Shown here: in pieces, positions 45,975-54,665 of the stretch | Layout of the letters: every line of letters starts with the position of its first letter | Position numbering within the stretch: position 1 is the first letter of the stretch | Origin: a virus | Lineage: Duplodnaviria > Caudoviricetes | Length of the DNA: 64,000 nt | Virus record (IMG/VR): IMGVR_UViG_3300038412_000083 | Location: 10,051-74,050 of that record | Reading direction: 5' to 3' (one strand) | Program-made: the position numbers and the translations under genes | The notes under the pieces: model-generated | What the model was told of the DNA's origin: nothing | Database searches by the model: none | Seen by the model: only the letters and a program-made list of their open reading frames with translations

Positions 45975-47459
45975 ATGTTTAACAGCGAATTTTTCCCCAC
46001 TCCCTTAGAAGTTATTGGAAAAATGACTTGGGGGCTTAACCTTAACGGCAAAGTAATTTTGGAACCCGAAGCCGGCAAAGGTGATATAGTTGATTATCTT
46101 AATAATGCAGGGGCCAATGTATTAGCCTGTGAATTAAATAAAGACCTTCAGCAGATCATTAAAACAAAGTGTAAACTATTAGCCGAAGATTTTTTAACCG
46201 TCACAAGCGACCAAATAAGCCACATTGACTATATTATTATGAATCCGCCATTTAGTAAGGCAGTAGAACATATTTTACACGCTTACCAGGTCGCGCCCAA
46301 TGGTTGCAAGATCGTTGCCCTTTGCAACGCTTCTAATTTAGAAAACCTTTACACCAACACACGTAAGGAATTAAACGCGATTGTTGAGAATTACGGACAA
46401 GTGCAAAACCTGGGCGATTGCTTTAAGATGGCAGAAAGACAAACAGCCGTAAATATTTCAATGATAACCATAAATAAACCCGGCGAAAGCTATAAAAGCG
46501 AATTTGAGGGATTTTTTACCGATGAAGAACCAGAGGAAGCTGGGGAAATTGGGTTAATGAGTTACAATGTAGTTCGGGATCTTGTAAACAGGTATGTTGC
46601 AGCCGTTAAACTGTATGATGAACACTTGCAAACAGGTGTAAAAATGAACAGTCTTTTAAATAACTTTTATGGCGAAGGCTTAACATTTACCTGCACAGAG
46701 CAAGGAGCGCCAAAATTAAGGAACGAATTTAAAAAGGACTTGCAAAAATCAGGGTGGAAATTTATATTCAATAAAATGGATATGCAAAAGCACATGACAA
46801 GCGGACTAAAGAAAGATATTAATAAATTTGTTGAGCAGCAAAGCGAAATACCTTTTACAATGAAAAATATTTATTTCATGCTTGATATGGTGATTCAAAC
46901 ACACGGCCAAAGGATGGATAAAGCAATTTTGGAGGTATTCGACAAGATAACCGAACACCACCACGACAACAGGCATTTTGTAAAAGGGTGGAAAACAAAC
47001 AGCCATTTTCTAGTTGGCAAAAAGTTCATCCTTCCTTACCAGATCAACCCGGCCAAAGAATACGGTTATACATCCGATTCTTACAACAGCTTACGGCAAT
47101 CTTATGACGGTATAGTGTCAGATTTTGAAAAAGCCTTGTGTTATGTTACCGGGAAAGATTACAGCGATATAAAGCCGCTCAACCATTGCATAAATAGAAA
47201 TGATTACGGCGAATGGTACGACAGCGAATTTTTTAAGTACAAAGGCTATAAAAACGGGAATATGCACTTTGAGTTCAATAACGCTGATGTGTGGGCCAAA
47301 TTTAATCAAAGAGTTTCTAAATTAAAAGGTTATCCACTATTTGAAGGGAAGGCGCAAACTAAATACCAAGACAGGCAGACAGGAAGGGCACAACAAAAGA
47401 AAGCAAACCCGGCACACATGTATAAACCAACCGTTCTTTTTGAAATTAAAGTAGCTTAA
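45975..47459 (+). CDS. N6-adenine DNA methyltransferase fused to DUF4942
   Basis: FFPTP, ILEPEAGKG, IMNPPF; C-terminal KGYKNGNMHFEF. Confidence 0.8.
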   Translation: MFNSEFFPTPLEVIGKMTWGLNLNGKVILEPEAGKGDIVDYLNNAGANVLACELNKDLQQIIKTKCKLLAEDFLTVTSDQISHIDYIIMNPPFSKAVEHILHAYQVAPNGCKIVALCNASNLENLYTNTRKELNAIVENYGQVQNLGDCFKMAERQTAVNISMITINKPGESYKSEFEGFFTDEEPEEAGEIGLMSYNVVRDLVNRYVAAVKLYDEHLQTGVKMNSLLNNFYGEGLTFTCTEQGAPKLRNEFKKDLQKSGWKFIFNKMDMQKHMTSGLKKDINKFVEQQSEIPFTMKNIYFMLDMVIQTHGQRMDKAILEVFDKITEHHHDNRHFVKGWKTNSHFLVGKKFILPYQINPAKEYGYTSDSYNSLRQSYDGIVSDFEKALCYVTGKDYSDIKPLNHCINRNDYGEWYDSEFFKYKGYKNGNMHFEFNNADVWAKFNQRVSKLKGYPLFEGKAQTKYQDRQTGRAQQKKANPAHMYKPTVLFEIKVA

Positions 47460-47502
47460 AATCTAAATGACACGCTCAGTCAATAACAGGAGCAAATAAA
47501 TT

Positions 47503-47598
47503 ATGAACATATCAAAAACAACACAACCACCGGAAAGACCAGACTTCAACGCCTGGATCAATTACATCTTTAAACTTATTCACAACCTTCAAAAATAA
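47503..47598 (+). CDS. 31-aa micropeptide, copy 1 (not in the ORF track)
   Basis: MNISKTTQPPERPDFNAWINYIFKLIHNLQK. Confidence 0.7.
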   Translation: MNISKTTQPPERPDFNAWINYIFKLIHNLQK

Positions 47599-47625
47599 TT
47601 ATCTTAAAAAATAAAAAACACAATC

Positions 47626-47913
47626 ATGAAACAATTTAAAATTACAGCAACAGCGCCAACAGTTTATCAAATTCAATCTTTAAGGCATTTCGGGATGAAT
47701 GTTAAAGAAAACGGTAATGGTTTATTTTCCAGTGAGCAAATATTTGACAGCGAAGAAGCAGCTAAGGCTTACTTAGTAGAGAGAGCAGAAAAATATTACG
47801 ATGAATTTGAAGGGCAGGTACAGGAACATTTAGAAGATATTAAAAAATATGGAATGTTGACTATTGACGCAGTTACCGCTCGAATAGATGAAGTTGATAA
47901 CGAAAAAGACTAA
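47626..47913 (+). CDS. Hypothetical protein between the two micropeptide repeats
   Basis: 95-aa ORF. Confidence 0.6.
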   Translation: MKQFKITATAPTVYQIQSLRHFGMNVKENGNGLFSSEQIFDSEEAAKAYLVERAEKYYDEFEGQVQEHLEDIKKYGMLTIDAVTARIDEVDNEKD

Positions 47914-47962
47914 CCAACCCATTAACCAATAAACAGGGAGGCGCACCCAAAAAGCGAAAATT

Positions 47963-48058
47963 ATGAACATATCAAAAACAACACAACCGCCGGAAAGGCC
48001 AGACTTCAACGCCTGGATGCAGCACATATTTAAATTAATTCATAACCTTCAAAAGTAA
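47963..48058 (+). CDS. 31-aa micropeptide, copy 2 (not in the ORF track)
   Basis: MNISKTTQPPERPDFNAWMQHIFKLIHNLQK. Confidence 0.7.
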   Translation: MNISKTTQPPERPDFNAWMQHIFKLIHNLQK

Positions 48059-48062
48059 AATC

Positions 48063-48281
48063 ATGGAAACGACAATTTTAAAAAAAGTAAAAGGTTCTAC
48101 AATGGTAGATATATTTAATTTTTCAAAAACTTTAAATGTAAGGTACTACAAAGCATTAGACCTTCCAGAAGTTCAAGACTATAGCCCTGAAAAGGTTTAT
48201 AAATTTGAAATTAACATAAGGCATTCAGAAGGAACAGATGCAAATGATTTATTTCAAAAAGCGATAAAAGAAAAACATTAA
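48063..48281 (+). CDS. Hypothetical protein
   Basis: 72-aa ORF. Confidence 0.55.
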   Translation: METTILKKVKGSTMVDIFNFSKTLNVRYYKALDLPEVQDYSPEKVYKFEINIRHSEGTDANDLFQKAIKEKH

Positions 48282-48851
48282 CCCCTTAACCCCTGCAAGC
48301 CTAAGCAGCCCAACCAATGGCAAATACTATGACCAGAAAAATAAATGGACGGGTACGACAATTTAAGCCCGTCCTCACGATCAAAGAAATTATTTCAATC
48401 TTGTTAATGATCTTATCTTTTATCTTAATAGGTGTAATAGCATGAAAATACAACTAATTAAATTCGGGCATTTCCCGGAAACCGCCGAAAGAATTTATGA
48501 TCCTCGATTCAGGGCTCTAAGTTTAGAGCAGATCCTGGCAGAAATAGATAAAGAGCATACATACAAGAAAATATTCCTTAACAAAAACACAGCAACAATA
48601 TTTTTAATAAAATAAATTTACAATCATGAACATCTTTAAAAGGTTTTTTAAAAAAGTAACTCCCTGCATCCATGAAGGGGATTTGGCAGAAATTAGGCAG
48701 GTAAGAGTTGAAAATGGTAGGTTGGTTGGATTCAAGATAAGAACGCCTGAGCTACTTGAATGTAAAAAATGCGGAGCAACAAAAAGAACTATGATATGAA
48801 ACTACCACCCTTCGTATTTATTGCACCAAACGAAGATTAAAACTTTTAGCC

Positions 48852-49907
48852 ATGTATTACACAACAACCACCAACAGTCAAACCTTTCAACCGGCCAATA
48901 AACAGAGAACGCTATTTTTGCCCCTTTTTAGCCTCATGGCTGATAAAATGCGTGAAGGCAAGTTATTAACGCCGGACGGTAACAAATACAGCCATAACAC
49001 AGTCAAGAATTATCAAACAGATATAAAAGCCTTTAAAGCATATCAGGAAGAAACAGAAATTATTTACCTGGAGGAGATTTCTATTAAGTGGGCAGAAGAT
49101 TTTAATATTTGGATGATGGATAAAGAATATAGTAAAAATACTATTGCCGGAACACTCCAACGCATTAAAGCCGTTTTGCGCCGTTTAAAGCATGAAGGAG
49201 TTACAACATTCGACGGATCCGGAATAAGAGCGGCAACAGAACAAACAACAACCGTATTTAATACTATTGAAGAATTGAAGACACTACTGGAAGCTGATTT
49301 TTCAGATACACCGGGATATGACAGAGTAAGAGATATTTACGTGATTCATTGTTTTCTTGGCCTTCGCTTTTCTGATCTTGCTATTTTGCTTGCAAATCCT
49401 AAAAACTATTTAAGAGAGATGGGCGGCAAACTGTACTTTGAAATCAAGACGCAAAAGACGGGTGAGATTGTTTTCATCCCCGTTTCGAGGTCTGTTAAAC
49501 AGGTGTGCGACAGATACCAATGGAATTTCGGGGATTTATTCACCTACCAGTATTACAACGAAGCAATCAAAGAAATAGCAAAGAGGGCCGGATTAACTGA
49601 AAATATAGTATTCAGCAGGACGGAAGGCGGGAAAAGAGTAGATAAGCAAGTTCAGAAGTTTGAATTAATGAGTAGCCACACCGCCAGGCGAACATTTGCG
49701 ACCAATGCGCACTTATCAGGGATAGCAGAAAGAGATATTATGTTAATCACCGGCCACAAGACAACGGCCAGCTTTTATAAGTATATCAGGAGCAGCAGCA
49801 TGGAAAACGCTATTAAGATTGCCAACCACAACTTTTTCAACTTAGATATGCCGGTAACTATTAGCTTGCCGCAGGAAGTAAAACAAGAACTTAAACTATT
49901 ATTTTAA
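48852..49907 (+). CDS. Tyrosine recombinase (Bacteroidota type; core-binding plus catalytic domains)
   Basis: GLRFSD (R), TQKTG (K), SHTARR (HxxR), TGH, FYKY (Y). Confidence 0.9.
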   Translation: MYYTTTTNSQTFQPANKQRTLFLPLFSLMADKMREGKLLTPDGNKYSHNTVKNYQTDIKAFKAYQEETEIIYLEEISIKWAEDFNIWMMDKEYSKNTIAGTLQRIKAVLRRLKHEGVTTFDGSGIRAATEQTTTVFNTIEELKTLLEADFSDTPGYDRVRDIYVIHCFLGLRFSDLAILLANPKNYLREMGGKLYFEIKTQKTGEIVFIPVSRSVKQVCDRYQWNFGDLFTYQYYNEAIKEIAKRAGLTENIVFSRTEGGKRVDKQVQKFELMSSHTARRTFATNAHLSGIAERDIMLITGHKTTASFYKYIRSSSMENAIKIANHNFFNLDMPVTISLPQEVKQELKLLF

Positions 49908-49930
49908 ACAATTTTTAATACCTTTGGTTT

Positions 49931-50233
49931 ATGATTTTCGATAAAGAACCCTTTATTTTTGTTGAGGCGACGGAAACCTTACCGGGCGCAGGTTTTATAC
50001 TATCAACAAAACCACCTTTTTATATCGGGAGGGTAATAAAGATGAATCGCGAGGACTACACAGAAAAAAATTATGTGAATTGTGAAGGTTACAGCGTGGT
50101 AATTCTTGCCGCCGGCTCATTACTCCCCGGACATACTGAGGATATTAGAATTGTACTTGCTAAGATGGCAAACTACTATTCACAATTTAAAATACAACGA
50201 TACGAAGGAAGATTTAAAAGATACAGATTATGA
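49931..50233 (+). CDS. Hypothetical protein, paralog A
   Basis: Aligns with the next ORF: GFILSTKPPFYIGRV / EGYSVVILAAGSL / KMANYY. Confidence 0.65.
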   Translation: MIFDKEPFIFVEATETLPGAGFILSTKPPFYIGRVIKMNREDYTEKNYVNCEGYSVVILAAGSLLPGHTEDIRIVLAKMANYYSQFKIQRYEGRFKRYRL

Positions 50234-50580
50234 GGCTACCTAAATTTTCTTTCATTCAGTCCGATATTGACCTGCCCGGATGCGGTTATATTCTACATGG
50301 TGAAGAACGACCCTATTACTTTGCGCGAGTTGTGAAATTTGGAAACCAGATGGACCTAACGGTTGCACTCAACAACGATAAAAAATTATGGATCAATAAA
50401 CAGGTAGAGGGTTATTCGATCTTAATCGTCCTGGCTGGCTCTCTTGAAGGCAAAATTTACGTTTCTGCAGAAGGGACTGGTAATTTAGAGCGCATGGTAA
50501 AAGAAATGGCTGAATGGTACTTAAAACGCCATATTTTAACTAATCAAAACAAATTTAAAAAATATGAACTCAGTATTTGA
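50230..50580 (+). CDS. Hypothetical protein, paralog B
   Basis: GYILHGEERPYYFARV / EGYSILIVLAGSL / EMAEWY. Confidence 0.65.
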   Translation: MRLPKFSFIQSDIDLPGCGYILHGEERPYYFARVVKFGNQMDLTVALNNDKKLWINKQVEGYSILIVLAGSLEGKIYVSAEGTGNLERMVKEMAEWYLKRHILTNQNKFKKYELSI

Positions 50581-50881
50581 TGATCCCGAAGAAATAAAAG
50601 ACGATCCCGAAACGCAAGCGATTGTTAGCACATTCACAGAAGCATTAAAGCAAGCAAGAATCGCTAAAGGTCTTTCGCAAATGAAGGTAAACCGGAATGC
50701 GCGTATTAGCCAAAAAACAGTGAGCGAAATTGAATCCGGCGGAAATTTTAAGATGAATAATTATGTTAAGCTGTGCCGCGCAATTGGTGTAGTGCCCGTA
50801 GTTAAGTTTTTAAAGTACCGGCCTAAAAAGCAAGCAGTGAATCAACATACTCTTTCTTCCGAAGCGAAAGATAATTCTTAG
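50564..50881 (+). CDS. XRE-family HTH regulator
   Basis: LKQARIAKGLSQ...ISQKTVSEIESG. Confidence 0.85.
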   Translation: MNSVFDDPEEIKDDPETQAIVSTFTEALKQARIAKGLSQMKVNRNARISQKTVSEIESGGNFKMNNYVKLCRAIGVVPVVKFLKYRPKKQAVNQHTLSSEAKDNS

Positions 50882-51365
50882 TTAAGTGTGTTTTATTGTA
50901 GATGAAGAAGGAAAGATAATCTTCGTCTTTAAGTTCGGTATTATCCTTTATGAATTTACTAAACTCTTTTTTAGAACTTACCACATGGCTAAGGATAATA
51001 CCGGATTTGAATATTTCGCCTGCAGTCGCTTGATTGTGCTTCGTCCAAAACTTTTCTGAAAAGTCTTTATAATCTTTTGCACCATAAAAGTGCATTATTT
51101 CAGCAACACGGGCTAAGTGCTTATTAAATACGGTAACATTGGTATTAAATCCCTTTGGAGTTATATCGTAGTAAGCAACTACCTTTTTTTGTGATTCATT
51201 GAGGTAAATAGTGGAAAGGCCACAGATAATAACCATACCAATATCGAGATACCGGTCTTTTTTTACATTGACACAGTTAAGGAACTGATCTGCTTTACCT
51301 GGCTCATGGTAACGCTTGAACGGTAACTGTTTCATCACTGCCGTTTCGATTTCTTGAATTTTCAT
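50823..51365 (-). CDS. Hypothetical protein
   Basis: 180-aa ORF; start uncertain. Confidence 0.55.
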   Translation of the reverse strand: MKIQEIETAVMKQLPFKRYHEPGKADQFLNCVNVKKDRYLDIGMVIICGLSTIYLNESQKKVVAYYDITPKGFNTNVTVFNKHLARVAEIMHFYGAKDYKDFSEKFWTKHNQATAGEIFKSGIILSHVVSSKKEFSKFIKDNTELKDEDYLSFFIYNKTHLTKNYLSLRKKEYVDSLLAF

Positions 51366-51654
51366 TGATAAAATTTTGGATTAACCCGGATTTGGATGCT
51401 TTAAAAAATATAGTGTTCCAGTCGTAAGTATTTACAATTTGCCCACTCAGGTTTATTTCACGCCTTTTAAATAACTGTCCATTTATTACTAAAGTAGAAT
51501 CTTCCACCACCACGCCGGGCCGGTAGAAAGTGCCAATAAGATGTTCATCACAAAGACTTCGTGAATAAGTTAGAAGGTAAGCCCGTAGATCGTCAAGATT
51601 AAATCTTTGATCGTCTGTTATTAGTAATCCAGTAGAGTAATTGAATCTAACCAT
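51304..51654 (-). CDS. Hypothetical protein
   Basis: 116-aa ORF downstream of the operator pair. Confidence 0.55.
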   Translation of the reverse strand: MVRFNYSTGLLITDDQRFNLDDLRAYLLTYSRSLCDEHLIGTFYRPGVVVEDSTLVINGQLFKRREINLSGQIVNTYDWNTIFFKASKSGLIQNFINENSRNRNGSDETVTVQALP

Positions 51655-51681
51655 TAAGCGGATATTGCTTTGGGTAGTAAA

Positions 51682-51749
51682 GATACATAGTGTACCTGAA
51701 TTAACAATACTTTTTTCTCAAAAGGGGGAAAAAGATACACAATGTATCA
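51682..51749. promoter_or_regulatory. Operator pair directly 3' of the XRE gene
   Basis: GATACATAGTGTACC (51682-51696) and GATACACAATGTATC (51735-51749). Confidence 0.8.
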
Positions 51750-51947
51750 TCTTCCATCAATAAGCCAGTTATAAGAAACTTTAAATTTTTTATGTAAAAT
51801 TTGCAACATTTCAATAGAAGGAAGATAGCGTTCATTTTCAATAGCATTAACAGCAGAGCGAGTTATATTAAGCATCTTAGCATATTCAGGTTGTGTTAAT
51901 CCGGCATTTTTTCGCACCTGTTTGAACCTTTTGCAAATCTCTTTCAT
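51747..51947 (-). CDS. XRE-family HTH regulator (Cro-like, 66 aa)
   Basis: FKQVRKNAGLTQPEYAKMLNITRSAVNAIENERYLPS...VSYNWL. Confidence 0.9.
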   Translation of the reverse strand: MKEICKRFKQVRKNAGLTQPEYAKMLNITRSAVNAIENERYLPSIEMLQILHKKFKVSYNWLIDGR

Positions 51948-52003
51948 AAAAAAACATTAAGTGGAAAAAGAAGGGGTGCAATAATAATACTAATTATTTA
52001 TAT

Positions 52004-52483
52004 TTAATCATTTTTAATTAAATTTTCCAAATTCCTAATTACATTTTGATAATTTAATGCAGTAAAAGTTAGCAACGGCCATCCTAAACTTTGAGCAAGG
52101 TTTGATTTATCACTATCCCGTGTTGCTCCAGCAGCAGAACTATGACCGCTTTTAGTTTTCATAAAAATTCCTCCCTGGTATTCAATGGCAGCTACAATAT
52201 TTTCATTTGTATATTCAAACTCTCGCGCTTGTTTTTCAGTTACGCCTTTCATTACCACAAAATCAAACCTGTATTTTCTTTTTTTATCGAACTTTAATTC
52301 AGGTATTACAATAAACCCTATCTTCTCGCACCAATATTTTAGCTGCCAGTGAATCCATTGAACTTCTTTACAATCGTTCCGGGCTTTTACTACTTTCTTT
52401 ATCGTTTTTCCGGTATCAGGAACGAGGTGTTGATTTCTTGCGCCGCAGGGTGATTTTAATATTGCTTCTATGGTGGGTTTCAA
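52004..52483 (-). CDS. PD-(D/E)XK endonuclease-like phage protein
   Basis: ELKFDKKRKYRFDF...AIEYQGG...RDSDKSN...GW. Confidence 0.7.
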   Translation of the reverse strand: MKPTIEAILKSPCGARNQHLVPDTGKTIKKVVKARNDCKEVQWIHWQLKYWCEKIGFIVIPELKFDKKRKYRFDFVVMKGVTEKQAREFEYTNENIVAAIEYQGGIFMKTKSGHSSAAGATRDSDKSNLAQSLGWPLLTFTALNYQNVIRNLENLIKND

Positions 52484-52674
52484 AGTTTATTTTTTAACTG
52501 ATGGTAACTTACATTGCCGCCTTCAATGTTCCATGACATTGTAGATCCTTTTACCTTAGCCTCAATTAATCTAAATTCTTTTCCAGGCATTAAATACTTT
52601 GGCTTTATAAAGCGATATTCCTGTTTTTCTATTCGGAATAGAAGTTTCTTTTTATCAATTAGTTGTATTGTCAT
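52480..52674 (-). CDS. Hypothetical protein
   Basis: 64-aa ORF. Confidence 0.5.
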   Translation of the reverse strand: MTIQLIDKKKLLFRIEKQEYRFIKPKYLMPGKEFRLIEAKVKGSTMSWNIEGGNVSYHQLKNKL

Positions 52675-52692
52675 GTTGCGTAAATAAACGAG

Positions 52693-53124
52693 TTATACGG
52701 CAATGCTCCCTGTCGAAATTAATTCAGGGTTGTCGTGGATGTTCCCGGCTACTTCCATTTTATAAAGATTTATCTCTTCATTATGCCATTGAGAAGCGGC
52801 GCAAGAAATAATTTCTTTACCTCTATAAGTGTTTGGCATTGAAAGATAAAAACCTCCGATTGCGCCAATCCATTTTATAACATAAATTACTTCACTTTCA
52901 CTTTTTAAAATATCATTCTCGAATATTTTTTTACCATTTTTATCTAATAGATTTATGCACTGTCCTATTGTTTCAGGAATAACCTCATCCATGTGCATAT
53001 CCTTATCAGTATTTTTAGATGTGAGAATCCAATGCTTACCATTGCGCTCATCGATATACAAAAATCCATAAGTCCAAGTGTTATCAAATTTATCTTTGCC
53101 TCTAAATAAAATTTCCCTTTTCAT
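52693..53124 (-). CDS. yopX: YopX family protein (cassette 4; start moved from 53274)
   Basis: MKREILFRGK...IGQ...DKNGKKIFENDIL...EVAGNIHDNPEL. Confidence 0.9.
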   Translation of the reverse strand: MKREILFRGKDKFDNTWTYGFLYIDERNGKHWILTSKNTDKDMHMDEVIPETIGQCINLLDKNGKKIFENDILKSESEVIYVIKWIGAIGGFYLSMPNTYRGKEIISCAASQWHNEEINLYKMEVAGNIHDNPELISTGSIAV

Positions 53125-53175
53125 GATTTTTATGTTTTTATAGTTTGAAATAATTTTCTCGTTTACCGCATCGCC

Positions 53176-53308
53176 GTATAACAGCCCGTTTTGCGCAAGC
53201 AGGGCAGACCTGCAAGCGCTCAACATTTTTTCTCTAATCAACTTTAGTGCCTGTGCTGGGCAGACCGTTTTCAAATATCCTGCCTTCGCAAAGCGGAAAA
53301 CGTAAGGC
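53176..53308 (-). repeat. attC-like hairpin C (133 bp)
   Basis: GCCTTAC ... CCGCTTTGCGAAGGCAGG // CCTGCTTGCGCAAAACGG ... GTTATAC. Confidence 0.75.
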
Positions 53309-53312
53309 GCAA

Positions 53313-53675
53313 TTAAACCAATTCGTAATCGCTTCGTTTGTACCTGATAAAACGAACTCTGGTTTCCATTTCAATCGAACTTAAGATTCTGTTGGCAGCA
53401 CGAAAACATACTTCTGCTACTATTTTATCTGGCAAATCGGCAATAGTAATCATTACACTATTGTGGATTAGTTTAATGAAATTTCTTAACCGAGGAGATA
53501 TTTTAATACCCATGTCTTTTAAGCTATCGAGACACACATAAACATCTGTAAAATGTATCAACAAACTGCGCCTTACATTGTGTTTGGCAATAGGCTTTGC
53601 AGACCTGCGAGTTTTGAACACCTGTTCGCTATCAACTTTAGTTCCAGCGAACGAACTTTTATCAACTTTTTTCAT
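53313..53675 (-). CDS. Hypothetical protein (cassette 3); the long ORF starts inside hairpin B and the true start may be downstream
   Basis: Stop codon 4 nt before the R'' box of hairpin C. Confidence 0.45.
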   Translation of the reverse strand: MKKVDKSSFAGTKVDSEQVFKTRRSAKPIAKHNVRRSLLIHFTDVYVCLDSLKDMGIKISPRLRNFIKLIHNSVMITIADLPDKIVAEVCFRAANRILSSIEMETRVRFIRYKRSDYELV

Positions 53676-53761
53676 TTTATGATCTTTTGGTTTTTAATTA
53701 ATCTTTTGTTCCGGCTTGACGTGCGCTATTTCAGCCAATCGCCAAGCCCTGACCGTAAGGC
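53570..53761 (-). repeat. attC-like hairpin B (192 bp)
   Basis: GCCTTAC ... GCTTGGCGATTGGCT // AGCCTATTGCCAAAC ... GTAAGGC. Confidence 0.75.
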
Positions 53762-53767
53762 GCAAGG

Positions 53768-54010
53768 CTACTTTTCTCTATTCTTTACGTGTTCACAATA
53801 ATGAAAATTATAATCAGAGGGATTGTTATAAATTCTTACATCTAACCCTTGCATAGCGTACTCTGTAAGCTCTTTTATCATTCTTTCATTTTCTTCAACA
53901 TCAGTACCATCTATGAAGTCGGTGTGTAATGCTGTTACAGCAAAAACGCTATTGCAGATAGGACATGAATACCCTAAAATTGGGCGATTTCTTTTTTCAA
54001 TTTTTTCCAT
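53768..54010 (-). CDS. Small Cys-containing hypothetical protein (cassette 2)
   Basis: CPIC...HYCEH; stop 6 nt before the R'' box of hairpin B. Confidence 0.6.
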   Translation of the reverse strand: MEKIEKRNRPILGYSCPICNSVFAVTALHTDFIDGTDVEENERMIKELTEYAMQGLDVRIYNNPSDYNFHYCEHVKNREK

Positions 54011-54036
54011 TTTGTTTTGTTTTTTACCCGCCCTGC

Positions 54037-54170
54037 GCCTTACATTTCATTGGCGAAAAGCAGGGGTGAAGAATATATTTTGAACTTTTGTAGCACTATT
54101 GAACTTTTGTAAGTGGTTGGGCAGACGTGCTACTATTTCCCTGCCTTCGCCAATGAGTTAACCGTTATGT
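54037..54170 (-). repeat. attC-like hairpin A (134 bp)
   Basis: ACATAAC ... TCATTGGCGAAGGCAGGG // CCCTGCTTTTCGCCAATGA ... GTAAGGC. Confidence 0.8.
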
Positions 54171-54596
54171 TCAAGTTTTTAATTTTTCTTCCCTCTGCAC
54201 AAATTCGTGTTCAGTAATTGCAATCGGTATTTTAGTTGAACCATGTCCACAACAATGGCAACCACCTTCATTTAATTTCATGTTTTGCAATTCCTTTTCA
54301 GCATCTTCTTTGGTTAAAAAGAATACATTGAAAAATGAAATATCTTTTGACCACAAAAATGTATCTCTCCACGTTTCAGGCTTATTGCTTTGCCACACCT
54401 TCATTTGTTTATAGCAGAACTCATTTGTATCAGTTCTTTCAATTAGCCAAAGCATCCCACCATTTTGGTAGATGTTAAAGCATTTTTCTATGTATTCTTT
54501 TTCTTCTACCTCTGTTTTCTTTGGTTCATTCGATAACATGCCGCTTTGCTCAAGGCTGGCTGAAGGAAGCAAGTGATCTTTTTGTTCGTTGTTCAT
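54171..54596 (-). CDS. Hypothetical protein (cassette 1)
   Basis: Starts inside hairpin D; TGA abuts the R'' box of hairpin A; CHCCGHG motif. Confidence 0.55.
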   Translation of the reverse strand: MNNEQKDHLLPSASLEQSGMLSNEPKKTEVEEKEYIEKCFNIYQNGGMLWLIERTDTNEFCYKQMKVWQSNKPETWRDTFLWSKDISFFNVFFLTKEDAEKELQNMKLNEGGCHCCGHGSTKIPIAITEHEFVQREEKLKT

Positions 54597-54665
54597 CTTT
54601 TGTAAGTATTTTGAAGTGAAGTAATTCTATTCCCAGCCCTGCGCAAAGCGGGCAGGACGTTAGTG
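54531..54665 (-). repeat. attC-like hairpin D (135 bp)
   Basis: CACTAAC ... CCGCTTTGCGCAGGGCTGG // CCAGCCTTGAGCAAAGCGG ... GTTATCG. Confidence 0.8.

Noticed and set aside
47468-47493. Possible H-type pseudoknot (TGAC/GTCA with GCTC/GAGC)
   Set aside because: Two 4-bp stems are expected by chance, and the structure is not conserved ahead of the second micropeptide copy.
48852-49907. Integron integrase (IntI) call
   Set aside because: Lacks the IntI-specific insertion; has the Bacteroidota-type RTEGG...SSHTARR region instead.
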